This document shows, one piece after another, positions 27,903 to 37,322 of a DNA stretch of 64,000 nt. Position 1 is the stretch's first letter, and each line of letters opens with the position of its first letter. The notes under the pieces were generated by a model that ran no database searches, had not been told where the DNA came from, and saw only the letters and a list, made by a program, of their open reading frames with translations. The DNA lies in the IMG/VR virus record IMGVR_UViG_3300046724_000152, positions 1 to 64,000 of that record; one strand, written 5' to 3'. The stretch comes from a virus. The translations under genes were made by a program, and so were the position numbers.

Positions 27903-28166
27903 TCATTTCTCCATTGTTGAACTGCTGTCAGTAAGGGCGACTCTAGCCATTTCTCTAGCGTGTCCCAGTAGCGCAGAGCGTAGCCGCTCATCTTGCTCGC
28001 GAGTAATCGCAATCTCCTGGCCCTGTTCCTTGGCAAGCTTCCGCAGCCGCTCAATCTCGTCGGCGGCTTCATGCATAATTGGCCGCGCCGTATTGGCGTC
28101 AAGCCAATACCCGGCCACATCAACTTTAGTATGCTGATAACGCAGCCGCTCAACGATGTCGGTCAT
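27903..28166 (-). CDS. MTDIVERL-family small protein 3
   Basis: MTDIVERLR...EAADEIERLR. Confidence 0.7.
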   Translation of the reverse strand: MTDIVERLRYQHTKVDVAGYWLDANTARPIMHEAADEIERLRKLAKEQGQEIAITREQDERLRSALLGHAREMARVALTDSSSTMEK

Positions 28167-28393
28167 GTCTTGATACCAAGCAGCTTGCGAAAATAATCAT
28201 CGATGCAGGTCTCGCAGGCCTCATAACCGAAGGCACCGTGTGGACACTTGTCGCCCTTACTCACGGCTGGGCCATAGTCGCCGTTCAGATAATCTTGGAT
28301 ACCCTTTTGCAGCCGCTCGATTTCGTCGGCGGCCTCACGACACAGGTCAACCGAGAATGAACCATCGCGCAGCCGCTCAACGATGTCGGTCAT
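28163..28393 (-). CDS. MTDIVERL-family small protein 4 with Cys-rich C-terminus
   Basis: MTDIVERLR...EAADEIERLQ...CPHG...CETC. Confidence 0.7.
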   Translation of the reverse strand: MTDIVERLRDGSFSVDLCREAADEIERLQKGIQDYLNGDYGPAVSKGDKCPHGAFGYEACETCIDDYFRKLLGIKT

Positions 28394-28411
28394 GGCTTCT
28401 CCTAGTGCGGG

Positions 28412-28693
28412 CTAGTGTTTCGGGATTGCTTTAACGATGTCGCGCAGCAAGTCCACCGTTTGCGCGTTATCGTTGCCCCGACGATTGAAGTCATCCATCA
28501 GATCATTTAGTAGCGCGTGGAGGCGAGGATACCGGCCATTCGAGCCTATATCGCTGATAAGGTCACGCATAGCGGCTCCCGCTGAGCGGCCCGGATAATA
28601 CGCACGTCGCGCCCACCACTCGACTGGCGGTTCTGTCTGCTCAGGTTCCACGGGCTCTATATCGTGCGCCGTCTCTTCTGCATCAGTGTTCAT
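28412..28693 (-). CDS. hypothetical protein; relic MTDIVERL-family member
   Basis: In-frame upstream codons read ADIVERLRS but lack a start codon. Confidence 0.55.
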   Translation of the reverse strand: MNTDAEETAHDIEPVEPEQTEPPVEWWARRAYYPGRSAGAAMRDLISDIGSNGRYPRLHALLNDLMDDFNRRGNDNAQTVDLLRDIVKAIPKH

Positions 28694-28696
28694 GGA

Positions 28697-28740
28697 GCGC
28701 AGCCGTTCAACGATGTCAGCCGCTCAACGATGTCGGTCAT
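28697..28740 (-). repeat. tandem out-of-frame duplication of the MTDIVERL 5' module
   Basis: GCAGCCGTTCAACGATGTCAGCCGCTCAACGATGTCGGTCAT on the + strand. Confidence 0.8.
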
Positions 28741-28873
28741 GAAACCACAACTCGATTGCTTCTTGGATGGCCCCCGCCAACTCGTTACAATTAGCGGGGC
28801 TGTCTAGTTCTGGCTCATCGGACAGGAAATGAACCGCTAAGTCCCAGCATTTCTTGTCGTAGGTCTTGGCCAT
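28724..28873 (-). CDS. hypothetical protein
   Basis: MAKTYDKKCWDLAVHFLSD...LAGAIQEAIELW. Confidence 0.55.
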   Translation of the reverse strand: MAKTYDKKCWDLAVHFLSDEPELDSPANCNELAGAIQEAIELWFHDRHR

Positions 28874-29151
28874 CTGTCTCACTTTCGACGCGCGTTGATA
28901 ATCAGACACTTGTCTCTCCTTCGGAGTGCTGTGTAGCAACCTGAAATCGTAATACGGATCCATTAGTGCCACGGCTGTCCACATGATGGACAACGCGGGC
29001 GACGATCAGCGCAGTCCAGAAGGAATGCCAGCGCAACCAAACATCCTGCCAATACGAATGGTGCAAAGCCCGCAGCAATGATTAGCCAATGGAAGAAGTC
29101 CCAGACCCAATCCGGTGGAAGATCGTTGTAGCCCGGTCCCATGCTCTCTCC

Positions 29152-29460
29152 TCAATAATGCTTGATGGGTCGATTAAAGTGACTACCTCTAACACTATCA
29201 ATGCATCCGTTCGGATTATGGATCCCGTAGCATAATGCTCTTTGGTCTTTTTCAAATTGCTCGCAGACGATGCCTTGCATCCACGAGCATTGCGTCGGAC
29301 TACTGACAAAAAATCCGCCCCGGCAATCGTCATCCTTGCTAGGGACACAGACGCCCCAGCCGCCGATCTCACCTCCAGCTCCTGCTGGCAGCCTCAAAAT
29401 GAGAGTTATGAGGCTCACCAGAATGAGTACGAACAGGAACCAGAAGATCTTGATGATCAT
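29152..29460 (-). CDS. membrane-anchored Cys-rich protein
   Basis: N-terminal TM, six Cys, ATGA overlap. Confidence 0.5.
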   Translation of the reverse strand: MIIKIFWFLFVLILVSLITLILRLPAGAGGEIGGWGVCVPSKDDDCRGGFFVSSPTQCSWMQGIVCEQFEKDQRALCYGIHNPNGCIDSVRGSHFNRPIKHY

Positions 29461-29810
29461 CCCTTGAACTCGATTTGATGGTGCCACTCATCGAGTGTTT
29501 TGTTCAGGGTTACAGCCGCCTGGAAGGCTCCATTGGAGATATGAACATGACGATCAATCTCAGCGTGGAGACGCTCTTCGTTGTCGGCTAGATAGCCGTC
29601 CATCTTGGTCAGGGCCTCGAACAGGCTATGCAATTTCGAGCGGCTATCGGTTGTAGTACGGCTGATGATGGCCTTGGTATGCACGGCAATGGCATGAGCG
29701 ACACGATCCGGCGTTACGTCATTGTTGACGCGAGTCACTAGCTCGGTGACTGCCGCCTCGACGTTCTTGATAAGCTCATCGGTCTTGAGTTCTTCAATCT
29801 TTTCCATCAC
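29457..29810 (-). CDS. hypothetical helical protein
   Basis: 117 aa in a coupled operon. Confidence 0.6.
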   Translation of the reverse strand: MMEKIEELKTDELIKNVEAAVTELVTRVNNDVTPDRVAHAIAVHTKAIISRTTTDSRSKLHSLFEALTKMDGYLADNEERLHAEIDRHVHISNGAFQAAVTLNKTLDEWHHQIEFKG

Positions 29811-30029
29811 TCAGTTCTCCATGGGTTCGAAGTTGTCATCGAAATACTTCTTTGCGATCAGCCACTTATCGTCGTGGTTTTTTGGATTCCTGGCGATCAT
29901 ATCCCCTTCCACGGGAGATCCAGCCAATCTATCGACAACGGACACGTTGACGCCGGTCATGTCGTCACCCTTCTGCCATGGCCTTAGCTCAGCGATCTGC
30001 TTGCGGCGATAGAGTTTGAATTTGCTCAT
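29811..30029 (-). CDS. hypothetical phage protein
   Basis: GDMIARNPKNHDDKWLIAKKYFDDNF. Confidence 0.7.
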   Translation of the reverse strand: MSKFKLYRRKQIAELRPWQKGDDMTGVNVSVVDRLAGSPVEGDMIARNPKNHDDKWLIAKKYFDDNFEPMEN

Positions 30030-30057
30030 ATTCTTATCTCATCCACTTGCATGAAGT

Positions 30058-30081
30058 GGCCGGGGCTTTTACACCCCGGCC
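30058..30081 (-). terminator. GC-rich hairpin after the VPGP gene
   Basis: GGCCGGGG...CCCCGGCC, 7 nt past the stop; weak U-tract. Confidence 0.45.
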
Positions 30082-30087
30082 TATTGC

Positions 30088-30864
30088 TTAGGCCGCTAAC
30101 TGCTTACGCCGACGCTTGGCGAAACCAATCAACATGCCACACGCTGCAATCAAGCCAGGGATACCGGCACCGGCAATTGGGCCGGGGACGGCAACGGCTT
30201 GACCCGGCTCGATGAAGAAGCTGTCCGGCCCATCGTTCAATCCCGACATGCGGGCGGCGAACAGGATCTCGTCGCCGGGATTGATGCCATTCAGCGTCAG
30301 GCCAGTCAGCGTGTAGTCCGGAAAGCCGGTGCCGTTGTTGAGTGACGGCACGTTGCCGGTCGTCCCGCCGGTAAACGATGCGAGCAGAGTATGCGTTGTC
30401 AGGTCCAGTAGGAAGAAACTGTTCAACGTCTGTGCCACGTTGGTGTCGTTAACATCGACGCCAATGGTGAAGCTTAGGTTAGCGTTGCTGCCGCCGTTGG
30501 CGAGCAGGAAAGCCTTGAGCAGCGAGCCATCGCCGATCTGATAGCCACCGGTTGTAGTATTGTTGAACGTGTTGTCGAGCAGCGAATTCCTGCCACCGTT
30601 GCCTTGGTCGGAGAAGGCGGTGATCGAAGTCACGTTGCCGTTGTTGGAGTAGTCATTATAACCGAAGCCTGAAGGCTGCCCCGGCTGGTTCTCGCCGCAG
30701 ATGACGCACGGTGCGTTGTTCGGCTGGTTGCCACCTGGAACGACGGCGTTGAGCTGGAGAGTGGTGCCGGTGCCGGTCCAGGTCTGGCCACCGAGAATGA
30801 CATCGGCCTGGGCTGGTAGGGACAGGGCAGCTAGCATTGTCCCTGCCATTAAAAGTTTTCTCAT
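30088..30864 (-). CDS. secreted protein with PEP-CTERM-like (VPGP) sorting tail, copy B
   Basis: SD AGAGGAG; signal peptide MRKLLMAGTMLAALSLPAQA; tail VPGPIAGAGIPG-TM-KRRRK. Confidence 0.8.
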   Translation of the reverse strand: MRKLLMAGTMLAALSLPAQADVILGGQTWTGTGTTLQLNAVVPGGNQPNNAPCVICGENQPGQPSGFGYNDYSNNGNVTSITAFSDQGNGGRNSLLDNTFNNTTTGGYQIGDGSLLKAFLLANGGSNANLSFTIGVDVNDTNVAQTLNSFFLLDLTTHTLLASFTGGTTGNVPSLNNGTGFPDYTLTGLTLNGINPGDEILFAARMSGLNDGPDSFFIEPGQAVAVPGPIAGAGIPGLIAACGMLIGFAKRRRKQLAA

Positions 30865-30931
30865 ATTTACTCCTCTGAGTCCCCGATAGAATGACCATCC
30901 GGTGCTGGGGCGGATCACCGGCTGGTAGAAA

Positions 30932-31279
30932 TTAACAACCAAATTTTCTCTTAGGCCATCGATATTTTTTAGATTGCGATATTGGCTTGGAATGCAGCTT
31001 AGCACTGAATTCTGCCCATTTCTTCTCGATCCTTCGGGACTTAGCAACAATGGCCGTGTCTTTCTTGGATTTCTGCCGATGCTCATGGATCAGCCTTGGC
31101 GTTAAATTCCAAGGCTCATCAATGGGTTCGGTGGCATGAAGAATTCCGTGGTCAAACTGATAAAGCGAGATGATTTGCTCAGCGGACATCCCTTTCGATT
31201 CCTCGTAAGGGATGTCCTTGAGCATAAGCAAAGCGGATGCCAGCTTGGTCTTAAGACCGATGTGTTTCCTGGATGGCAT
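30932..31279 (-). CDS. HNH-like nuclease-domain protein
   Basis: FDHGILHA...PWNLTP...HRQKSKKD. Confidence 0.6.
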   Translation of the reverse strand: MPSRKHIGLKTKLASALLMLKDIPYEESKGMSAEQIISLYQFDHGILHATEPIDEPWNLTPRLIHEHRQKSKKDTAIVAKSRRIEKKWAEFSAKLHSKPISQSKKYRWPKRKFGC

Positions 31280-31595
31280 AGAGATCGTCCCAGACATTGA
31301 GATACGTTCCGGCTCGTTCTGGGAATTTCTCGGTGATGGCTGGTTTCGTTTTACCGTAATCTATTTCACTGACAAGGTGGCCAATCAACTTCATAACATC
31401 GGCTCTATAAGCCTTTATGCGGAATCTGTAGTCAGCCTTGTCAGATTCTTCTATTGCATTAGAGATGACGGGGATTCGTCCCATGACATATTCAAGGTCA
31501 GCTCTTGATCGTGCTTTGATGGTAAGAATTTCATCGTTTTCATCACTGTCTTGTTGGATGATATTAAAAAATCCGATCTTGGTAACAATCCACAT
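31251..31595 (-). CDS. hypothetical protein
   Basis: MWIVTKIGFFNII...IKARSRADLE...DYRFRI...IDY; SD GGAGG. Confidence 0.7.
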   Translation of the reverse strand: MWIVTKIGFFNIIQQDSDENDEILTIKARSRADLEYVMGRIPVISNAIEESDKADYRFRIKAYRADVMKLIGHLVSEIDYGKTKPAITEKFPERAGTYLNVWDDLYAIQETHRS

Positions 31596-31763
31596 TATTT
31601 GGCAACCTCCATTACGGTTAAGTCATTGGAATATATGACGGAACTAAGATATCTGCCATCAGGTGCAAGCTCCGGAATTGTCGCGCTGACATGGTGGAAT
31701 TGACGCTGGAGGCCTTCTATGACCTCCAGCACACCATCCCTAGTGGATGCTTCGATAAGGGCT

Positions 31764-32234
31764 CTACCGCTTGTCATCGTCGCTCTTATCCGGCGGACCA
31801 AAGACCGGAGTGTTCGAGATCCTGAATCCCTTGATCCCAGGCATGATCTCGACGTTATCCTCTTCCTTGGTCGTAAAGCCCTGGACACTCAATTCGGTGA
31901 AGCTGACCTTTCGCTTCACCTCATCCATGTCGAGGGTGCAGCTAACGGTATCGCCCTCTTCGTTGAAGCCAAGGATCAACCCACGGTTCGCCAAGGGCTG
32001 TGCATAACCCTCCCACACAAAGAAATAGCGGGGATGGTTCAGCAGCCCTTCGTCGTCAACGTAGATGCAGTTTCTACGGTCCACGTTGACTGCGGTGAAG
32101 GTGCTGGCCTTGATGAACTCATAGATCTGCTTGAAGTTGCCGTTGTGCCAGACCTCCTCGATGGTTCTGGCTTCCGGATCAATCAGAATCCCTCTGATGA
32201 CGGGGACGTTCTCTCTGATGTTTTTGGGTCTCAT
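31764..32234 (-). CDS. DUF3846-like protein
   Basis: ILIDP...IYVDDEGLLN motif. Confidence 0.7.
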   Translation of the reverse strand: MRPKNIRENVPVIRGILIDPEARTIEEVWHNGNFKQIYEFIKASTFTAVNVDRRNCIYVDDEGLLNHPRYFFVWEGYAQPLANRGLILGFNEEGDTVSCTLDMDEVKRKVSFTELSVQGFTTKEEDNVEIMPGIKGFRISNTPVFGPPDKSDDDKR

Positions 32235-32452
32235 CAGCTCACCGTGACTTCGAAGGTCAGATTGCTGATAGCATCTGATACGAGACTATCGATCCCATCA
32301 ATGCTGTCGGCTGATACCGTAAAGTCTCCAAGCCTTTCGTCAACGATATCGCCAACAACGTCACGGATCTTGGCCTCGATATACTCCTCCAGCTTCTCCT
32401 TGAAGTCGGCAGCCAGTGGGTCCATGGACTCTAGAATTCTTGATGCATTCAT
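32234..32452 (-). CDS. acidic hypothetical protein
   Basis: SD ACGGAG, 72 aa. Confidence 0.6.
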   Translation of the reverse strand: MNASRILESMDPLAADFKEKLEEYIEAKIRDVVGDIVDERLGDFTVSADSIDGIDSLVSDAISNLTFEVTVS

Positions 32453-32682
32453 TGCAGTTCTCCGTTGCTCTTGAGGATGGCATACTCGATACAGTAAGCG
32501 AGATATTTAGGGTCATTTTCTTGTCCGGATATCTTATTGATCCGATCCAGCACCGGGCTGATGATCTCATCGGCACAGCGTTTGGCAAATTGGTACGACT
32601 CGCAGTGCTTGTAGAGCCTTATGGCCTTCGTCATTTCAGCCGGTGTCAAGATCTGACCGATAGACAGTGTCTTAACCTGCAT
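32449..32682 (-). CDS. hypothetical protein
   Basis: SD GGAGGG before MQVKT; ATGA overlap. Confidence 0.6.
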   Translation of the reverse strand: MQVKTLSIGQILTPAEMTKAIRLYKHCESYQFAKRCADEIISPVLDRINKISGQENDPKYLAYCIEYAILKSNGELQ

Positions 32683-32743
32683 TGTCCCTCCAGTTAAATG
32701 GACAAATGAAAAAGCGGGAAGCATTTGCGCTTCCCGAAGCTAA

Positions 32744-33166
32744 TTATTTACGCCCCATCGGACGAACACCCAAGGTTAAATGATACTGGGCTCGTTTCTT
32801 GCCTCTTGGCTTGTTGCGTTTATCCCTCGATGGATCGTTCTTTCTGGAGGGCTGCATTTTATCCAGGAGATATTCCCCAGGCATGAAAGTTCCGCCACGG
32901 TCGAAGGCAACAACCTCGGATCGAAGCGGCTTGGACGTTAGATAACGCTCCCAATGATTGTTGTAGCGTAAATAGGTCCGCCCGAGATGAACCCTGGCTT
33001 CGGTTGCTCCCAGCATTCGTCTACAGGCTACCGCAGCAGCACACTCTGACGGGCTCTTGATCTTGGATTTCTTGATATCGCCAGTCGTTATCACGATCAT
33101 AATCGACTTGCTGCCGTCTTTAACCGGCAAGCCCTCGATCTTCATATCTTTGTTAGGATGTCTCAT
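32744..33166 (-). CDS. basic hypothetical protein
   Basis: 140 aa, SD GGAGA, upstream hairpin. Confidence 0.65.
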   Translation of the reverse strand: MRHPNKDMKIEGLPVKDGSKSIMIVITTGDIKKSKIKSPSECAAAVACRRMLGATEARVHLGRTYLRYNNHWERYLTSKPLRSEVVAFDRGGTFMPGEYLLDKMQPSRKNDPSRDKRNKPRGKKRAQYHLTLGVRPMGRK

Positions 33167-33265
33167 GTTTTCTCCATGGTTACGCTCCGCCCTTATCGCC
33201 CCTGGGGTTATTTCCCCAGGGGCTTAAGGGGAATGGACGGTGACAAGCCATCCACTCCACGGAGA

Positions 33266-34768
33266 CTAGTTGACGGTGTTGTTGATCTCGTTGACGGTTT
33301 CCTTGATATCGAGGGTGCGATCATTCACAATATCGACCATGGCATAAACGCTATTGACCTTCTCGGCCAAAACGCTGCCGCCCCTTTGACCAACAACCTC
33401 TTGCAGACTGGTCGCCAGCCGTTCAGCGGCAGTCGTTTTCTTGTTGTCCCGATTGAGCAGATTCAGATGATTCTTCATCGTCTTGGCTGCTATCACGAGA
33501 TCGATTTCCAGCAAGGTCTTGTCGCCACGGCTGACCATACCAAGCTTGGCCCGTTCCACACATTCACGAATGGAAGCTGGGATTTGACCGGCAAGCTCCT
33601 GGCCAGCCCTGGTTACCGATTGCATGTCGGTCAGCAGATAACCGGCATAATATCGGATCAGACGCTCAGCAGTTTCGGCGCTTGGAGCCCGCAGCGAAAT
33701 CACGGCATCGAGACGGCCAGGACGGAGGATCACTTGATCGAGCTTCTCCGCAAAGTTGGTCGTCAAGATCGTCATGATCTCGGCTCGCTTGGACAAAACG
33801 CCATCGATGGTATTGATCAGATCGTTGGCGCTTTCATCACGGTTCTCGGCAATCCGGTCGATATCCTCGGCAAACACTACTGCCGGGGAATAACGATTGG
33901 CGAACTCCAGAGCGGCTCGAAGGCCCTGGACCTTATCCAGCAACACAAAGGTCCAGCCGTTCTGGGCGCAGACCGCTGCGGTCATCCTTGAAGTCAACGA
34001 CTTGCCGGTTCCGTAGGGGCCTTCCAGTAAAATCCCGCGCTTCAGCGGAATCTTGTGAGCCCTGCATTCGTCGGTCTTTCTGATCGGGGTCAGGATCGAA
34101 GTCTCGATCTGCTCCATGATATCGGCATCGAGCAACACCGAGTCGGTGGTGGTGTCGGAGGCATCAAAGAATCCCGGAGGGTTATCCAGGTCCAGGTTGC
34201 CTTCCATATCGACGCCAAGCCGGATCGACTTGCCGCGATAGATCGACTCATCCTTCACAATGCGACGGGCTTCGGTCACAAGCTCAAGGATGACGTGGCG
34301 ATCCTTTTTCTTGATCACACCATGAACCAGGAAGCGGATCTTGCCTTTCTCCGAATAGAACATGGTGTTGATCGGGCTTTCGATACCCGGCAGAGCAAAC
34401 GATCCAAGCGGACACTGGATCACGTCGTCGTCCCGAATGCCGGTCTTGACCGAGACCATCTGCGGCGGCTTTGGACCAAACATGGTCATCACCGATTGGG
34501 GCGAGGCCCAGCCATAGAGCTTGGTCATGGCCTTGACGAAAGCCACGGCAGCATCGTGGGGATAACCCTCGATAAACTCCCTGACCTGGAAGTCCTGGTC
34601 TTCGTCTCGAACCAGACGAGTCAGGGCTTCGATGGCCTTGCGTGGCGGCATCTTGCCGGGATCGCCAGGAAGCGTAATGGCGCGGCCCTCATACTTGATC
34701 TCGGGATTGAGGGAGTCCCAGTTCAGCTTCTTGCTGGCAATCGCCACGTTAATGTCTTCTGTAGGCAT
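33266..34768 (-). CDS. AAA+ ATPase (classical AAA clade)
   Basis: Walker A GPYGTGKS, Walker B VVFAEDID, sensor TTN, SRH LRPGRLD; SD ACGGAG. Confidence 0.9.
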   Translation of the reverse strand: MPTEDINVAIASKKLNWDSLNPEIKYEGRAITLPGDPGKMPPRKAIEALTRLVRDEDQDFQVREFIEGYPHDAAVAFVKAMTKLYGWASPQSVMTMFGPKPPQMVSVKTGIRDDDVIQCPLGSFALPGIESPINTMFYSEKGKIRFLVHGVIKKKDRHVILELVTEARRIVKDESIYRGKSIRLGVDMEGNLDLDNPPGFFDASDTTTDSVLLDADIMEQIETSILTPIRKTDECRAHKIPLKRGILLEGPYGTGKSLTSRMTAAVCAQNGWTFVLLDKVQGLRAALEFANRYSPAVVFAEDIDRIAENRDESANDLINTIDGVLSKRAEIMTILTTNFAEKLDQVILRPGRLDAVISLRAPSAETAERLIRYYAGYLLTDMQSVTRAGQELAGQIPASIRECVERAKLGMVSRGDKTLLEIDLVIAAKTMKNHLNLLNRDNKKTTAAERLATSLQEVVGQRGGSVLAEKVNSVYAMVDIVNDRTLDIKETVNEINNTVN

Positions 34769-34867
34769 ATGTTTCTCCGTGTTAGCGGATAGATTTCCGC
34801 TCCATTGCCCCACTGGAGTTAACCAATGGGGCAACAGGCCGAAAACCTAGGTACAGGGGACCAGAAC

Positions 34868-35401
34868 CTAGTTCAGCGAACTCGATGACGGCGGAGCCGT
34901 CTTGCGCCGCTCGATAAAGGCTTCGAGAACCTCTTTGCCCATGACGCTGGCAACTCGGCCAGCCTCGGCAATTCCAGGCATGATGAAGTCATCGGCCTGT
35001 TTGCCGGTCAGCTTCTCGAAGGCTTCCATCGCCTCCCAGTAGGTGATGGCACTCATGGCCGAGTCGGACGACTCGTTCTTGTGGTTATAATCCGGCGTGA
35101 TCTTGTTGGTGAGCAACGCCGAAAACAACAAGGTGTCGGCTGTAATGCCAAGGCAGGGATCGAAATCCTCGATGTTCTGCGTCTTGGTGGCCTTGGGATT
35201 GTATTTCTTCTGGTCGGCCACGCACATCGCTATGGTCTTCATGATGCCAGCTACATAGGCCGACAGCACATAGATGGTATCCGGCATGCTGCCACCTAAA
35301 TTCTTGGCTGCAATCGTCAGTTTCTGGGCGGTTCGCTCGCCGTGACCATAAGCATCGCCGCCGAGATCTTCCAGTTTCTTGTCGGCTCTACGAAATTCCA
35401 T
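34868..35401 (-). CDS. hypothetical protein
   Basis: 177 aa; leader CGGAGACTGACA. Confidence 0.7.
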   Translation of the reverse strand: MEFRRADKKLEDLGGDAYGHGERTAQKLTIAAKNLGGSMPDTIYVLSAYVAGIMKTIAMCVADQKKYNPKATKTQNIEDFDPCLGITADTLLFSALLTNKITPDYNHKNESSDSAMSAITYWEAMEAFEKLTGKQADDFIMPGIAEAGRVASVMGKEVLEAFIERRKTAPPSSSSLN

Positions 35402-35493
35402 TTGTCAGTCTCCGTGTTGGTGGGGTCGTTTAGTTTCTCTTCTCTTCCTCCCTCGAAGAGGGAGGGAGGAAGAGAAGAGGTTTTGCGGTGTTG

Positions 35494-35748
35494 TTATTCG
35501 TCGTTCTTTGCCATGACGGCAAAGGCCTTTCGCGAGGTATGGCTGGCAACGTAACGGTCGATATCCTCTCTTGAGAGTTGCTGGGTGCCTCTGATCTTGG
35601 CCATGAATAAGCCGATTCCGGCTCCCATCCTGAAGGCCAGCTCCATCAGGGCCATAGGCTTGAACATGGTGAATAGCTCTGGATGCTGAACAAACGGACT
35701 GGTTTCCCAGGCCCTGTCGACTTGATTAGCAAAATCTTCCATATCCAT
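35494..35748 (-). CDS. hypothetical protein
   Basis: Leader CGGAGACTGAC directly before ATG 35748. Confidence 0.65.
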   Translation of the reverse strand: MDMEDFANQVDRAWETSPFVQHPELFTMFKPMALMELAFRMGAGIGLFMAKIRGTQQLSREDIDRYVASHTSRKAFAVMAKNDE

Positions 35749-35807
35749 GTCAGTCTCCGCGCGTTGAAACGAAAAAGGCGGGAGCATTGCTGCCCCCGCC
35801 CTGTAGC

Positions 35808-36170
35808 TTAGTTGACCTTGGTCAGACTCTCGGTCTGCGCCAGATGGAACAACGCCATGCCCTTCGGGGTCCGCAGCGCCTTCTGACCCTTCATGACCCG
35901 GCGGCCAGCCTCGATCCACTTATCGTAGGTCCGGATGGTCTCATGAGCCACGCAGTTCTCGTAGCCAGCCTCCTGGAAGAGCTTAACCGCGACATCGGCA
36001 TTGACCAGAGCATTGGCCGCCTTTTGCTCATCGGTGAGCTTCTGGCGGGGTTGGCTCTTGGCTTTGCCTTTGCCACGGCCCTTACGAACCGGCTGAGCTG
36101 CTGAAGCGGCAACTGCACTGGCAACCAACTGAGCAAGCTGTTCGGCAGAGAAGTTCATTGTAGTCTCCAT
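35808..36170 (-). CDS. ArdC N-terminal-like ssDNA-binding / antirestriction protein, copy 1
   Basis: TYDKWIEAGRRVMKGQKAL...LFHLAQTE matches the ArdC T(Y/F)xxW...GxxVxKGEK and VFxxxQT motifs. Confidence 0.65.
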   Translation of the reverse strand: METTMNFSAEQLAQLVASAVAASAAQPVRKGRGKGKAKSQPRQKLTDEQKAANALVNADVAVKLFQEAGYENCVAHETIRTYDKWIEAGRRVMKGQKALRTPKGMALFHLAQTESLTKVN

Positions 36171-36247
36171 GGTTGGTGGTGGGGTGGTTTGTGGTGTGTC
36201 TCTCTCTTCTTACGAAAGTAAGAAGAAGAGAGAGACACAAGAGAAGG

Positions 36248-36502
36248 TTAACGGGACTGCGGATGGTCTGGGCCATAAGTAGCGGCACAGCTTTTCTTGG
36301 TTATCTCGTCAATTTTCTTTTTGACGATTTTTACATAAGCTTCGACGCCGTATTTCTTTATTCGGTTTCTAACTCCACTTAATTGCAGGGGATACGGTGC
36401 ATCTTGCAGAAGCTTCTTAAGTTCCGGTGGCAGCCTGTCGTAATAATTCCAGGACAGGGGTTTTTTGGCTCTGGCTTTGATTTTGCCATTCTGGTTTTTC
36501 AC
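36248..36502 (-). CDS. hypothetical protein
   Basis: YDRLPPELKKLLQDAP...YGPDHPQ; SD AGGAGG. Confidence 0.6.
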   Translation of the reverse strand: MKNQNGKIKARAKKPLSWNYYDRLPPELKKLLQDAPYPLQLSGVRNRIKKYGVEAYVKIVKKKIDEITKKSCAATYGPDHPQSR

Positions 36503-36755
36503 CCAGCGGCCTCCTTCTCAAGATTAACCTCGATGATTTCCATGCCACTGGAAACCAGGGTTAATTCATAGGCTCGCTTGCTGGTGGGACGGCACTGAAT
36601 GGCCGCTTCGCATTCGGCAATAGTTTCCATCATGGACTCTATGATTTCATCGTGAGTCATTCTGGATTTTGTCATGTCGTTCTCCGTGGTGGCAGCGATG
36701 AGAGGGGCTTTCGAAGCCTCTCAAGCGAAGCAAGAGGCAGAGAAGGGAGAGAAGA

Positions 36756-36953
36756 TTAGATGCGTGGGACTCCGCCGGTCGTGTTCTTCAAAGTGTTCTG
36801 GGCAGCGGTGATAACCTCGATTATTCCGCTGATTTCCGATGCATCGATCTTGGTTGGGTCCAAGGCATCGACCATGGTCTCCATGACTGCGCTTAATTCC
36901 TTGACGACCCTGATCAGCTCCAGGATCTCGCCTTGCAGCTTGTAGGTTTCCAT
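36756..36953 (-). CDS. hypothetical protein
   Basis: 65 aa, coupled to the upstream stop. Confidence 0.55.
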   Translation of the reverse strand: METYKLQGEILELIRVVKELSAVMETMVDALDPTKIDASEISGIIEVITAAQNTLKNTTGGVPRI

Positions 36954-37144
36954 TATTTCTCCTCTCGGTTCCGGTAAATCAGCGCCAGTCTGGCAGGAAT
37001 TACCTTGGTGCCGTTGCAGTTATCGCAGCAGCGATCCTCTGCTATCTTGGTTACCGGCCAAGGATTATTGCCAAATCCCAGGAATGTGTCAGAGCAAATT
37101 GAGCATACGAACAGCTTTCTTAGCTCGGGGCTTTTTGTATTCAT
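36953..37144 (-). CDS. small Zn-finger protein
   Basis: CSIC...GFGNNPWPV...RCCDNCN..VIPARL. Confidence 0.7.
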   Translation of the reverse strand: MNTKSPELRKLFVCSICSDTFLGFGNNPWPVTKIAEDRCCDNCNGTKVIPARLALIYRNREEK

Positions 37145-37322
37145 AATTGTCGTCCTTTCGAAGCGTGTCCCAGGTTTCTCGTTTGATCCTGACGCCACGC
37201 TCAGCGCCAGGAGTCTTGATGCGAACCCATTTGTAACCGATCTGGGCTAGAACGGGCCGCCAGCCAGCACCGATCCTTGGTGCCTCGTCTTGGAAATAAA
37301 CGTGGAGTCGTTGGGTCTTCAT
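37089..37322 (-). CDS. hypothetical protein
   Basis: 77 aa, start overlaps the upstream stop. Confidence 0.55.
   Translation of the reverse strand: MKTQRLHVYFQDEAPRIGAGWRPVLAQIGYKWVRIKTPGAERGVRIKRETWDTLRKDDNYEYKKPRAKKAVRMLNLL

Noticed and set aside
30932-31279. HNH ORF as the effector nuclease of the RAMP/array system
   Set aside because: It lies 10 kb away in another gene block, and free-standing HNH genes are common in phages; nothing links the two.
33158-34792. Long + strand ORFs of 277 and 245 aa
   Set aside because: Antisense shadows of the AAA ATPase in GC-rich DNA; similar shadows over terL, portal, scaffold and the pse genes were also ignored.
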